Made by a program: the position numbers and the translations under genes
NCBI RefSeq assembly: GCF_044704955.1
Contig: NC_091990.1
Location: forward strand, 27,900,001-27,964,000
DNA from: Pristiophorus japonicus
Lineage: Eukaryota
Length of the DNA: 64,000 nt
Reading direction: 5' to 3'
The notes under the pieces: model-generated
What the model saw: the letters and a program-made list of their open reading frames with translations, nothing else
Database searches by the model: none
Told to the model about the DNA's origin: nothing
In this document: piece after piece, positions 51,331-64,000 of the stretch
Numbering within the stretch: the stretch's first letter is position 1
How the letters are laid out: each line of letters begins with the position of its first letter

Positions 51331-51449
51331 ACTTCAAAAAGTAGCTGCAAAGCGCTTTGGGACGTCCTGAGGTCATGAAAGGTGCTATATAAATGCAAGT
51401 CTTACTTAAAAAAAAATGTCTGAACATTAAATGCACAATTCAATACCCA

Positions 51450-51600
51450 TTTGGATGAGTCAGGTCAGTCTGCAGCTTTGGTCACTCATTGACGTCAACC
51501 TTACGGGGCGGGTAGGGGGAGGTGAAAGCCGCGCGTGCGCAGACGGAGTCTACGGGAAAAAGAGCTCAACCGCCATTTGGTTTCGCGGAGAAAGGACGTG
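51450..51600 (+). promoter_or_regulatory. 14-3-3 gene proximal promoter
   Basis: AP-1 TGAGTCA 51456-51462, CRE TGACGTCA 51490-51497, GC box 51505-51512, NRF1-like GCGCGTGCGCA 51531-51541 and YY1-like CGCCATTT 51571-51578, at the edge of a CpG island. Confidence 0.75.
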
Positions 51601-51738
51601 AGGGAGAAAGCGAAAAAAATAGAAAGCTGCTCCTTCGGTCTTGAAGAATCGCCCAGGGTTGAAATAAAGTGAGAGGTTCGCTTGGCCGGAAAGAACGAAT
51701 AGAAAAAAAAAATAATTACCTAAAGCACAGGGGGGGCC

Positions 51739-52041
51739 ATGGACAAGAACGAGCTGGTGCAGAAAGCCAAGCTGTCCGAGCAGGCGGAGCGCTACGAAGA
51801 CATGGCGGCCGCGATGAAGGCGGTAACCGAGTGGGGCGAGGAGCTGTCAAACGAGGAGCGCAACCTGCTCTCGGTGGCTTACAAGAACGTGGTGGGGGCC
51901 CGCCGCTCGGCCTGGAGGGTCATCTCCAGCATCGAGCAGAAAACCGGCGAGGGCGGTGGTAGCGAGAAGAAGCTGCACATGGTGAAGGAGTATCGGGAGA
52001 AGGTGGAGGCTGAGCTCCGCGATATCTGCAATGATGTGCTG
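51739..52041 (+). CDS. 14-3-3 protein (zeta/beta/theta/sigma group), first coding exon, 101 aa
   Basis: [12 protein letters not shown]...[16 protein letters not shown]...DICNDVL with Kozak GCCATGG. Donor CTG|GTAAGG at 52041/52042 sits at the intron position conserved in YWHAZ/YWHAB/YWHAQ. The isoform is not assignable by eye. Confidence 0.97.
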
Positions 52042-53764
52042 GTAAGGAAACTGGGAGGCGGTTTACAGCCACCTTCAATTCATCAAATCTGCAAATCGGT
52101 TCAGTTGTGGGGGGTTTTTTTTAATGGGAAAAGGGGGCAACGAGCTGCAGGATCGGCTGTCACTGGCATGCCCCCAGGACATTTGGAAACCTGGTTTAAT
52201 AACCATCTGCTGTTTGAAAGCGGTTCCTCTCCATCATCATCTCCCTCTCTGTGTACCAGACACGAGTAACCTGTAGAAAATGGAGGAGGACAACCTTTCC
52301 TCTGCATTGAGCTGCGGGTATCGGGCGGGGTGGGCGCTGATCAACGCCAACGTACTCCATGCAAAAACATTTCGCTCAGCGTCCTATGTATTCACATCGG
52401 TCTTTACCAGAGAAAGATAAATGATATATTCCATTTAAAAAAAAAAAGAAATAAAATTGACATTCATCAACCAGATTTGTAATTGTCAAGGCGTGATACC
52501 TTTCATTCATTCATTTGGAATGAAATGTTAATATTTGAAAATGAATGGACGTATTTTTAATATAAAACGATTTAAACGGTGCTGCAGTTTTTTTGGTATG
52601 AAATTACAATCTTGTTAAAGACACCCTTTGATGCCTCTGCCTGATATTTATCAGATTATAAGCATGGGAACATTGTGGAGGCTGGTCTTTAGGATAGGGG
52701 AGACTGTCATTAAATCAGCAAATTGCCATCTTTTTATGTGGCAAAGAACACCTTGCTTTCTGAGCAAAGGTGGAAATGGCGGAGTTGACTATGGCTGATG
52801 GTATAGGAATGATGAACTATATGAATATTTTCTTGCAAATCCTCCCAGTTACTGGCCACCGACGCATGTAGGTGACCTGTTCCGAGGTCAATAATCGCTA
52901 GGTGTGCAAGAGTGGGCCTGAGGGTGAATTGCTAATTCAATAAAAAAACATTTTTTATGTGGAAATGCATAGTCACCATTTAAGCACCATCCCAATGATC
53001 TACTGAGATTAGAAATTTACCAGATGGGATATCCTGTATTGTAATTAATTAGTAACATTTTATTATGCTTATTAGAAGTAACCATACACACAAAGCAATT
53101 GATTGTATATTATATACGAGTCTCCAAATAAACTGGCATGCATTTTTTGTCCAGTAATGTACTGTTTGAATAGCCAAGCCCAAGACTATTCATGAGAAAA
53201 TTCCAACCTCTTGTCAAATTTTTAGTCATTCAGACTTTCAGGTTGTATAGTGAAAAGTTCAGTGTTCTTCGAGTGAAAGCAAATTGACAATGACTCACTT
53301 ATGTGCACTTGCACAATGTTATAAGACTTGCCCTGTATTAAATCATGAGGAGCCCCTATTTAGCTAACTGGCCATACTTTGAAACTTAATACACGGAGAG
53401 CTAAAATTCAAATACTAGCAATTCTCATTAATTATATTTGCAGTAAGCAAGGCTTTGTGTCTTTGTGACTATTTTATAAGAAAGCTATTTTACACAAGAT
53501 TTTTGGGTATAAAGAGTTATCTTTTATAAAACATTTAAAAATAAAATTCCAATAATTAACACCAGCTAAATGTAGCAGGGGCAACTAACTGCTGCTTGCC
53601 TTTAACATAGCCAAGTTTAGGATTTGATCCTGGTTGGAAGGGGAGTAGGAGATGTGGCCAAAGGTGCTGTTGAAATCTTAGGATTTATAGAAGAATTTTG
53701 AACGTGGGGAGAGATGTAGCAAGACAAAGATGCTTAGAGAGGAAGATCCAGAGTTTAGGGATTA

Positions 53765-54180
53765 TTGAGCAAATTGGGCCTATGCTCTTGAGTTTAGAAG
53801 AATGAGAGATGATCTAATTGAAACATAGGATTCTGAGGGGGATTGACAGGGTAGATGCTGTGAGGTTGTTTCCCGGGCTAGAGAGGCTAGAACTAGGGGA
53901 CATAGTCGCAGGATAAGGGGTCAGCCATTTAAGATGGAGATGAGGAGAAATTTCTTTTGTCGGATTGTGAATCTTTGGATTTCTCAACCCCAAAGGTCAG
54001 AATGCTGAATAGTTGAGTATATTAAAGGCTGAGATAGATAGATTTTTGGATTTTAGGGGAAATCAAGGGATTATGGAGATCGGGCAGGAAAGTGGCATTA
54101 AGGTTGAAGATCAGCCATGATCTTTTTGAATAGGCTCTCGAGGGGCTGTATCGTTTATTCCTGCTCCGAATTCTTGGTTA
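53765..54180 (+). mobile_element. CR1 3' fragment (intronic)
   Basis: gagtttagaagaatgagagatgatctaattgaaaca...gatcagccatgatc. Confidence 0.85.
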
Positions 54181-54727
54181 TATGGCTGAAGATTCTGCCA
54201 CTGATGATAAAGCAGACAGAATGGGGAACACAAAATGGAGTAGCTTTGGAAGAAAACGGTGCAGGAAGAAATCTTGGCTTGAGGAAGTTGCAACGGTCAG
54301 GAGGTAGTGAATTGTAGTAGAGATTTTCAAAATGAGAGAGAGTTTTGAAGTTGATAAAATGGGGAGCTAGGATTGGGTTGATTTTTAGTAGAATTTTGAA
54401 TGGTATGGAATGCAGGTAGCACGGGGCGGGGGGACATTGGAAAATTGAAGTCTGGAGGTGATAAAGGTGTGGAAGAGACTTTCAGCACTAGTGGGGTGAG
54501 TTGAGGGCAGTTGGTAAGGACATCTGAAATGCTGTGCTCATAAGATGATTGTCCTTCCTTGTTACTATATAAATATGTACTCGAGAAATTGGTTCACCTG
54601 TGATTTAAGGTGGGGAATGAGTGACTTTGGGCATCAGATAATTAGTAACCTTTCAAATTGTTGATTGTACTTTAATTAGAACTAGTTCAACACTTCTTAT
54701 GTACAATTACTGCACACCTTAGTTAAG

Positions 54728-56330
54728 GTGGAGGTAGAAGTTAAGGAGGAAGAGAGTGAAATATTGGATGGGATAAACATCGTAACAGAGGAAGTATTAA
54801 GAGGTTTGGTATCTTTAAAAGTCGATAAATTGCCAGGACTGGATGAAATATATCCTAGGCTATTAAAAGAAGCAAGAAAGGAAATTGCGGAGGCTCTGAC
54901 CATCATTTTCCAATCCTCCCTGGCTTTTGGAGTGGTGCCAGAGGATTGGAGAACTGCTAGAATTGTACCATTGTTTAAAAAGGGAGGAAGGTGTAAACCG
55001 AGTAATTACAGGCCAGTTAGTTTAACCTCGGTGGTGGGCAAATTATTGGAATCTATTCTGAGGGACAGTATAAACCTTGATTTAGAAGGACAGATAGCAT
55101 GGATTTGTTATGGGAAGGTCGTGTCTTACTAACTTGATTACATTTTTTGAGGAGGTAACGAGGGTCGATGAGGGCAGTGTGTTTGATATAGTCTACTATA
55201 GCATTTGCTGAGGTCCCACATGGCAGGCTGATCAAAAAGTAAAAGCCCATGGGATCCAAGGGAGAGTGGCACATTGGATCCAAAATTGGCTCAGTGGCAG
55301 AAAGCAAAGGGTAATGGTTGACTGGTGTTTTTGTGACTGGAAGGCTGTTTCCAGTGGGGTTCCACAGGGCTCGAAACTTGGTCCCTTGCTTTTTGTAGTA
55401 TAAATGATTTAGACTTGAATGTAGGGGGCATAATAAAGAAGTTTTCACAGATGATACAAAAATTGACTGTGGTTGACAGTGAAGAGTTGGGTTGCAGGAA
55501 GATATCGATGAACTGGTCAGTTGGGCAGAAAAGTGGAACATGGAATTCAATCCGGAAAAGTGTGAGGTAATGCTTTTAGGGAGGGGCAACAAGGCAAGAC
55601 AATAAATGAGAGGATACTGAGATGTGGAGGAACAGAAGGACCTTGGCGTGTATGTCCACAGATCCTTAAAGGTAGCAGGACAGGTCGATAAAGTAGTTAA
55701 AAAGGCAAACTGAATGTTTTCCTTTAATAGCTGAGGCATAGAATATAAGAGCAGGGAGGTTATGCTTGAACTGTATACAACACTAATTAGACCACAGCTA
55801 GAGTACTGCGTGCAGTTCTGGTCACTACATTACAGAAAGGTGTGATTGCACTAGAGAGGATGCAGAGGAGATTTACGAGGATGTTGCCAGGACTGGAAAA
55901 GTTTAGCTATGAGGAAAGATTGGATAGGCTGGGGTTGTTTTCTTTGGAACAGGAGGCCAAGGGAAGATTTAGTTAAGCTGTATAAAATTATGAGGGGCCT
56001 AGATAGAGTGGATAGGAAGGACCTATTTCCCTTAGCAGAGGGGTCAATAACCAGGGGGCATAGATTTAAAGTAATTGGTTGAAGGATTAGAGGGGAGATG
56101 AGGGGAAAAAAATTTGCTGAGGGTGGTGGGGGTCTGGAACTCACTACCTGAAAGGGTGGTAGAGGCAGAAACCCTCATCACATTTAAAAAGTACTTGGAT
56201 AGAGCTCTGACTTACAGGCTACAGACCTAGTGCTGGAAGGTAGGATTAGGCTGAGTAGCTCTTTTTCGACCGACACGGACACGATGGGCCGAATGGCCCC
56301 CTTCTGTGTCGTAATCGTCTATGATTCTAC
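54728..56330 (+). mobile_element. CR1 LINE, decayed (intronic)
   Basis: KLPGLDEIYPRLLKE...NYRPVSLTSVVGKLLE motifs and a ctatgattct tail. Confidence 0.93.
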
Positions 56331-57751
56331 CTAAAAGTTTAAAAAAAAACCAATACAATATTTTATCATTTTATAAAGCTAGCTTTAAAATATTGAATAT
56401 GGTAAACAAGATGAAATTCCTTCACCTCGAATTCTGCTCAAACAATTTGTACATTTGCAGACTTAGCAAGTCTGAACATTTTGCTAATCTGGGTTGATGG
56501 TTCCAGGATTTGAATCTCTTTACCCACCTTTTCTCACTAGTGTTGGGCTGCAGTTTCATAGACGACTCAAGTATCTCACCCATATTGTTCATGTGTGAGC
56601 CCCTTGTTCATGTGTGAGCCTAGTCTGTGAGTGCTGACGAGTTGTACAACTGTGAGGGCATTACAGCCATGCCAGATCCTGTCCTCCCCCAACACACACA
56701 CTCTTAGACTTCCTGGCAAGTGATACTGGATAGTGATCAGAAGTGAGCACTTCGGTTGACACTCCTTCCCCAGCCTGAGGCATTGCGGCCAATTGCAGCA
56801 CCCCTACTGCTGTCCAGGCTGAGATTAGTTGGCTCTGCATAAACTAGGGACTAAACCTGGCACTTTCCTGGCAGATTGTATCTGGATGTTGATTTCACAA
56901 GTAGATTTAATACTTAAAGAAAATACGATGTAACTGGCACCCCCCTAGGGATGAATTTGGGATATATGGTGCCTGCAAGTAATGTAGACTCCCGACACAT
57001 TGTTTTGTCCCCATTTTGAACTTTTTCTTTGCTTTGTGTCTCCTTTAGCCATATTTTATTCTTGGCTGAGAGGTGGGCGGATAACCCACTCTCTGGCTTC
57101 TTCAATGCTTCTTTGTAATTCCCCATTAGTCTGCACAAGAGGCCTAGGATGACTCAACTGATTGAAATTTTACTTAAAAATTTGTTTAGTTGGAAGTGAT
57201 TAGCATCTTTGTCCCTACTATGATATCAGACTCCAGAGCTTAAAACTTTGGGATCTTTCTGGCTTCCAGAAGTTGTAGATCGACATACCACATTGAAGAA
57301 TTAACGTAGAATCTGTACTTGGGTCTTGTTTGAACTGGATTCCACTGTGCCAGTTTTGAATATTTTAAGAATATGTAGTAGGCCACAATCCCAATATCTG
57401 TTAATTTTTCCGTTAAAACAAGCTCAGGCATGCATTTTTACTGGCTGTTGAGCTGGCAGGCTATGGAACGATGTGCCTGTTGGGGGCCACAATTGGGGTG
57501 GGGAGGGAGAATGTGGTCTACAAGTAACCTCCAGTAGCACTGCATTATAGAGCATATACATGTAAATAGGTGTGGTGTTGCTATTTTTCAGTGACTGTAT
57601 TTAGTTGCTGAAATTCTAAACAACAGCATTACAATACAAAATGCCCTTGTCAAATGTCTTAAATATTCGATGTCTGCTCCGGACCAGTTATTACCAAAAC
57701 ATTGAACTTTCCTCCTGTGACATGTTTAAATTAAATCAGCAGTATTTTTAA

Positions 57752-58203
57752 CGAAAGACAGACCTTGCATTTATATAGTGCCGTTCACATCCTGAGGATG
57801 TCCCAGAGCACTTCACAGCCAATGAATTGCTTTTTGAAGTGTAATCACTTATGTAGGTAAATATGGCAGCCAATTTGTGCACAGCAAGGTCCCAAAAATG
57901 GCAGAGATAAATAAGCAGCTGATCTACTTTTTGTGTTGGTTGAGGAGTAAATGCTAGGCAGGGCACTGGGAGAACTTCCCAGCTCCCCTCAGTTGTGTCA
58001 TGGGATCTTTTATTCCCACCCGAGAGGACAGATGGGCCTTGCTTTACTGTATCCTCCAAAAGATAGTACCTCTGACAGTGCAGCACTCCCCTACTACTGC
58101 ACTGAAGTGTCAGCCTAGATTATGTGCTCAAGTCCTGGTGAGTGGATCTGAACCAACGATCATCTGACTTGGGCGGTAATACAGTATTACCACTGAGATA
58201 AGG
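57752..58203 (-). mobile_element. Near full-length DeuSINE (SacSINE1-like)
   Basis: Minus strand has a tRNA-like head (CTCAGTGG, GGTTCAGATCC), the Deu core GTGCTGCACTGTCAGAGG...AAAGATCCCATG and the tail CTATATAAATGCAAG. Confidence 0.8.
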
Positions 58204-58282
58204 TTGCAACTTTACTGTGTATGAGTTATAATTTTAGAACTGCTGTTTCAGCATCAAGACAGTACTCCTAAAAGACAATGAC

Positions 58283-58710
58283 AACAACAACTTGTATTTA
58301 TGTAGGGCCTTTAACGTAGTGAAACATCCCAAGGCACTTCACAGGAGTATTATGAGACCATAATTTGACACCGAGCCACATAAGGAGAAATTAGGGCAGG
58401 TGACCAAAATCTTGGTCAAAGAGGTAGGTTTTAAGAAGAGCCTTGAAGGAGGATAGAAAGGTGGTGAGGTCTAGGCAGGGAGTTCCAGAGCTTGGAGCCG
58501 AGGCAACAGAAGGCACACCCACCAATGGTTGAGCAATCTATAATCAGGGATGCTCAAGAGGGGCAGTATTAGAAGAGAGCAGACATCTCGGTGGGGGGGG
58601 GGGGGCGGTATGGGACTGGAGGAGATTAGAGATAGGGAGGAGATTACAGAGATAAGAGGGGCGAGGACATGGAGGGATTTGAAAACAAGGACGAGAATTT
58701 TGAAATCTAG
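58283..58710 (-). mobile_element. L2-type LINE 3' end
   Basis: LDFKILVLVFKSLH motif and an (aac)n tail. Confidence 0.85.
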
Positions 58711-60865
58711 ACAATTGTTTATTCCTTCCATCAGTTACCGAATCTGAGAAATTCTTCGCTCTTGCTGCTGAGTGTAGGGGTAGTTTTGGTGAGCTTTGAG
58801 CTGCTCTTGTAATAAGTCAGAAGTAGTTGGAACATTTATATTTAACTCCTCTATCTTTGCACAAAGTGAATAATCTCAAACTAGGTTTTTTCTTTACTGT
58901 TTGCTAAATATTTAGTTGCAATTTACAGATCAATATTTTAAACCATTCAATTTAATACAAATGAAACATAAAACAAGTTAAAAGAAATGCAGTACTGAAT
59001 AAAATGAATATTGATCTGTTAATGGTCATATTTAATGGTGAGAAGAGTTTTACTCTGTGTATAAAATATTTAACAATGCAGTGTACCAGAACCTGGAGGT
59101 GAAGAAAACTGCTGTCATTGGACAAGGCCTATTTCAAGCCTGGGCATTTTGGTAATGTTAAAGATCCAATGTGCAACACACTGCAAGGGTAACTGGATGG
59201 TTGGCAGATCAGAGCTGTTATACTCCCTTTTCTAGTTTTGGCACCAAAAATCAGTTGAGTGCAGACAAGGAGATTCCAGCTCTGTATTGTCCACTTCTGG
59301 TATAAAAATAACATCTGGCTGAGTCTTGAATCTGTAACTTGAAAAATATCACTCACCTGAGATATGTTTACATGATTATGAACAAGCTTTTCTTTTCCAT
59401 GGCCAAACAAAAAAATATCAGCGTCAGCCCCAAAAAATAATATTCGTACTTCTCAGCTGTTTGACACTCCCTGATAAAGTAGATAATACCAATCGACTAC
59501 AAAGCATTCACATTTACACTTTGAACCTTTAATCTCTCTCGTCTATGCCTGTTTGCATGCCCTTTCAAATGATCATTATCAGCTAATCATAAATGCAAAA
59601 AAGACATGGTTCAAGATGTTTGTAATTCCAAAGTTTGTTAAAGGTGTTGAAATTGCTGATGGCTTTATGGGGATAGGGGGAGAAACCATCGCTTATCTAC
59701 CGCCTAGGGAGAGGGAGGCCCAGTACTTGGAGCTGTAGAGCAATGCGTTTCTAACCCCCAAATTAGGAATTTGAATACCACCCTCAAAAAAAGATGTAAA
59801 ATTCACTTATTTTTGGCGATTTCCAGATGGTTTGGTAAAGTGCCTTGCAGCATGTCCTTGTCACAAATGCACTTCCTAATGGGTAATTCTGCATAAGTCA
59901 GTGGCCCAGATTGTCCTGTTGTTCTTGCTGAAGTATGTTAGTTGAAAAAGCAACAGTGATGGAATAGGGAGCTATTCTATGGACATTGTCTCCTGGTCTG
60001 ATTATCTCCTGCCCTCTATCCCACTTCACCTGAAGAGTACACGTTTTGATTCTCCATGTGCAACATCACAAAAGATCAACTACGTTCGTTGGTTTAACTA
60101 TCCTCAACTGAAAAGATTTTAAGATGTACTGTTTGGCTATAAAAGGCATGCTCTTGAAAAATAAATAGAACAATAGCACCTGAATTGGTGTTGATGCAAA
60201 TATTTGACAGCCTTCATTTTACACTTCCATCTGACTGCACATTCTATCTGCCTAGTTTCAAACCCCAGGAAATGTTATGAGCTATTCTATAAATGTATCC
60301 ATTGCACGATTGAAAAGTGCGTTAAAGGAATTGTTTTAATGGATAACGCTAATATAACCGTGAACACTTGTGGGGCTGTGATTATGTTTTAATACACTGG
60401 ACTGTATTTGGCGAGTGAGCCCCATCACAATATGTACACATTTGGAGTCAGGAATGCCATAAATCTAATAGAGACCAAAAATTCAAAACCAAGATCACAT
60501 CACCTGAACCTTGAGATTAATCCCATTTGATATTCCGTAGTGTTGTATAATTAGAACACTTTTTCTTTCTTCACAGATGCTGCCTGAACGACAGTGTTTC
60601 CAGCTATTTCTGTGTTTATTTCTGCATCTGCGTTATTCTGCTTTTTGTTTCCAGCAGGGGTTATTGGATTGGGAATGGGAACCATTTTTGATTTTTTTTT
60701 TTCTTCGTGTCCCCGCTGAAGAAAAATCTGAGACACATATGCCACATGTACTGCCCCACACAAGTTAACTCAGCAGAGGCCAGGAATCGAGCCTGAAACC
60801 TTCCTGATCTCCATTTCTCATTACCCCACTGGATGGTGCATTTATCTAATAAGTAATCAACAAAA

Positions 60866-61105
60866 AAAGAACTTGCATTTATATAATACCTTGCATATCC
60901 TCAGGATATCCCATTGTGCTTCACAGACAATTAATTACTTTTGAAGTGAAATCATTATTATGTGGGCAAATGCAGCAGCCAATTTGCACCAACAAGGTTA
61001 AACAAACAGCAATGAGATAAATAACCTGTGTTGGTGGTGGTGATTTGAGGGATGATACCTGGAGGACACTACTCCTTCAAATATTCCTGTGGAATCTTTA
61101 TGTCC
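60866..61105 (-). mobile_element. DeuSINE 3' fragment
   Basis: Same reverse tail and body as 57752-58020. Confidence 0.7.
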
Positions 61106-61129
61106 ATCAGTTTCAATGTTTACATAGCA

Positions 61130-62283
61130 GATCCCACACAAGAGATTAATGTGCAAAGTTAAAGCACGTGGGATTGGAGGTAGTGTGCTGACGTGGATTG
61201 AGAACTGGTTGGCAGATAGGAAGCAAAGAGTAGGAGTAAATGGGTACTTTTCAGAATGGTAGGTAGTGACTAGTGGGGTACCGCAAGGTTCTGTGCTGGG
61301 GCCCCAGCTGTTTACACTGTACATTAATGATTTAGACGAGGGGATTAAATGTAGTATCTCCAAATTTGTGGGTGGCAGTATGAGCTGCGAGGAGGATGCT
61401 ATGAGGCTGCAGAGTGACTTGGATAGGTTAGGTGAGTGGGCAAATACATGGCAGATGAAGTATAATGTGGATAAATGTGAGGTTATCCACTTTGGTGGTA
61501 AAAACAGAGACAGACTATTATCTGAATGGTGACAGATTAGGAAAAGGGGAGGTGCAACGAGACCTGGGTGTTACGGTACATCAGTCATTGAAGGTTGGCA
61601 TGCAGGTACAGCAGACGGTTAAGAAAGCAAATGGCATGTTGGCCTTCATAGCGAGGGGATTTGAGTACAGGGGCAGGGAGGTGTTACGACAGTTGTACAG
61701 GGCCTTGGTGAGGCCACACCTGGAGTATTGTGTACAGTTTTGGTCTCCTAACTTGAGGAAGGACATTCTTGGTATTGAGGGAGTGCAGCGAAGGTTCACC
61801 AGACTGATTCCCGGGATGGCAGGACTGACATATCAAGAAAGACTGGATCAACTGGGCTTGTATTCACCGGAGTTCAGAAGAATGAGAGGGGATCTCGTAG
61901 AAACGTTTAAAATTCTGATGGGTTTAGACAGGTTAGATGCAGGAAGAATGTTCCCAATGTTTGGGAAGTCCAGAACCAGGGGTCACAGTCTAAGGATAAG
62001 GGGTAAGCCATTTAGGACCGAGATGAGGAGAAACTTCTTCACCCAGAGAGTGGTGAACCTGTGGAATTCTCTACCACAGAAAGTTGTTGAGGCCAATTCA
62101 CTAAATATATTCAAAAAGGAGTTAGATGTAGTCCTTACTACTAGGGGGATCAAGGGGTATGGCGAGAAAGCAGGAATGGGGTACTGAAGTTTCATGTTCA
62201 GCCATGAACTCATTGAATGGTGGTGCAGGCTCGAAGGGCCGAATGGCCTACTCCTGCACCTATTTTCTCTGTTTCTATGATTC
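61130..62283 (+). mobile_element. CR1 LINE, 5'-truncated (intronic)
   Basis: The 240-aa ORF is the CR1 ORF2 C-terminus. The YADD-equivalent region is deleted (ISKF-VGG). tttctatg tail. Confidence 0.96.
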
Positions 62284-63971
62284 ATTGACATTACTGCAGA
62301 TTTGGAAAAGAAAATAGCTGATTACCATTTTCATACCTCTAGATAATCACCATCAGTGCCCGTATTACTCATTGAGGCTGATCAGTTACCTGTTTTTCTC
62401 CTCAACCCCTTGCCAAGACTAGCTGTTTCACTTGGCAGTGCAGCAGAGAACTAAGACGAAAGCAAAAGCACTGACTCAGCCAATTTAGACAGTCAGTAGC
62501 TAAGCCCTGTAGACCCAGGTTTGACCTTGGGACTGTACTGAGTTAGCTGGTTATAGCTGGGATTGCAGTATAGGTTCTACAACTGTCTTCTGTGCCCTGG
62601 GCTAGTGAACAGAAGGTAGACCAGGATTCCTGATTCCTACCCAATGACCCTTGCTAGAAGAGCTAGTACATAGATGTCCGGTGAAGACAGGGTTAGTTTT
62701 GCTGCCTTTGGGTGAATAGGCTGCCAACACTGACTCAGGATTCACTTGAAAAGTGGTTACTTGGCTGAAGTATTGATGGCATCTGAGGAACCATTTCTCC
62801 ACAAAGGTGCAGCTTCAATAGAGGAAGGGAGAGAATTTGTGGGAAAAGTGAAGCAGGCAATAAAAGCAGAGGGTATTTCAAAATTAGAACAAATGATACA
62901 TAACCCAGCTCTTGTGCAGATTGAATCATTCAGTCAACACTCTAACCTTATTAATATACTTGATCATAAGCTAGGACTTTGAGATCACTAATTTATAGTT
63001 TTAAATCAGCATTCTTAAACAGGACTTTGCAATTGCAATAAGGATGGTGTGTTCTTTGAATACAGCCCAAGACAATGTTAATTGAAGACATTTTTGGATT
63101 CCTTACCCGCAACACTTTTTAAAAGCAAGATCGACACATTTTTTTAAAATTGTAATTTCAAGATCTTCCCCCACCCCAAATGTAGATCATTACTGCATCA
63201 ACTATATGTTGTGATTGTCTGGCAGCTTGGCCGTGTTTCCAAAATGGGGGTTCTGACCATTTTAAGGACAGATCGGGTCAGTAACTGGGCCGAATGGTAA
63301 TTTCCTGTTACTAAAAATCCCTATCTTTGTTTTTAATGGAGGTACTTGTGTTGTGAACAAAAACATAATTTTAAACAAATCATTTTTTACTAACTGTAGC
63401 TTGTTTATATTGCCCATAAGTTAATAAACATTATGAAGATTATTTGATCTTATTTCTAGTGCTTTTGCTACAAGTACGTATTTACATCGCCTTCAGCTTT
63501 AGAATAATTTTTTCTTTCTTAATTAAATGAAGTAGCAGAAGTATATGGGAAGTATTTTCTGCGAATGCCAGGATATAATGGATTAACCAAATCCTTTGGG
63601 AAATTCATTTCTAATGTTATCCTACATTTAGTATCGCTGCAGAAACAGCACTGCAAAATACAAAATTGCTTTGTAACAAATAACAAGCAAAGTAAGCAGA
63701 TCAGCTGCCCTTTAACTCTCTTGGGTCCCATCTGTTTTAAAATCTCGATGTCAGTAAAACAAAGCATCTGTGCTACATGCTATCTGGATGCAAAATGATC
63801 CTATTGATTATTTCAATAATATTCTGTTTGCTAAATATGTATCGATCTGTTCTAATTCTATGCAAAGTCAGTTCTTAATATGTAAAGTGTGGTCACCTGC
63901 TTCCTTATATTATGTGGGTTCTATATTTTTAATGTATCTACTGCACAAGTTCTAATTTAAATAGTGCTCCA

Positions 63972-64000
63972 GGGCCCAAGTTTCGGGCTGCGCCTAGAAC
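63972..64000. mobile_element. Left end of another GGGCCCAAGTTTC-type MITE (runs off the window)
   Basis: 13-bp identity to the terminus of the 24391-25382 element. Confidence 0.6.

Noticed and set aside
51669-51730. Possible 62-nt 5'UTR intron (GTGAGA...CAG)
   Set aside because: Very short and purine-rich, with no polypyrimidine tract.
52042-52269. C-terminal 75 aa of the 176-aa 14-3-3 ORF
   Set aside because: Intron read-through past the conserved donor; homology stops at DICNDVL.
52042-64000. Second 14-3-3 coding exon (expected ESKVFYLKMKGDY motif)
   Set aside because: Not found by eye. The intron probably extends beyond the window.

Overview
This is eukaryotic, repeat-rich vertebrate DNA, most likely a shark or other chondrichthyan (inferred from the CR1/L2/RTE LINEs, DeuSINEs and Penelope-type fragments). 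Two protein-coding genes are identifiable on the + strand. The first is a complete, spliced 75-aa ZNF706-family gene (CpG-island non-coding exon 1 near 15.0-15.1 kb, coding exons 23183-23314 and 24018-24113) that the ORF track misses. The second is the first coding exon of a 14-3-3 gene (51739-52041); its remaining exons were not found in the window. A third CpG-island first exon on the - strand near 5.6-5.8 kb belongs to an unidentified gene and carries two overlapping short upstream ORFs, with a modular GC-rich minisatellite beside it. Nearly all other ORFs are decayed retroelement fragments or chance ORFs. The most interesting observations are: (i) both genes differ from canonical ZNF706 and YWHAZ in ways suggesting a retained paralogous pair, with the intron-containing 14-3-3 showing stratifin-like residues; (ii) two RTE-type insertions whose target-site duplications enclose extra non-element DNA at the 5' junction; (iii) a remnant minimal hammerhead ribozyme. 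I see no evidence of a wholly new biological system. All family assignments come from reading the sequence, with no database search, and repeat boundaries are approximate unless a TSD or TIR is quoted.
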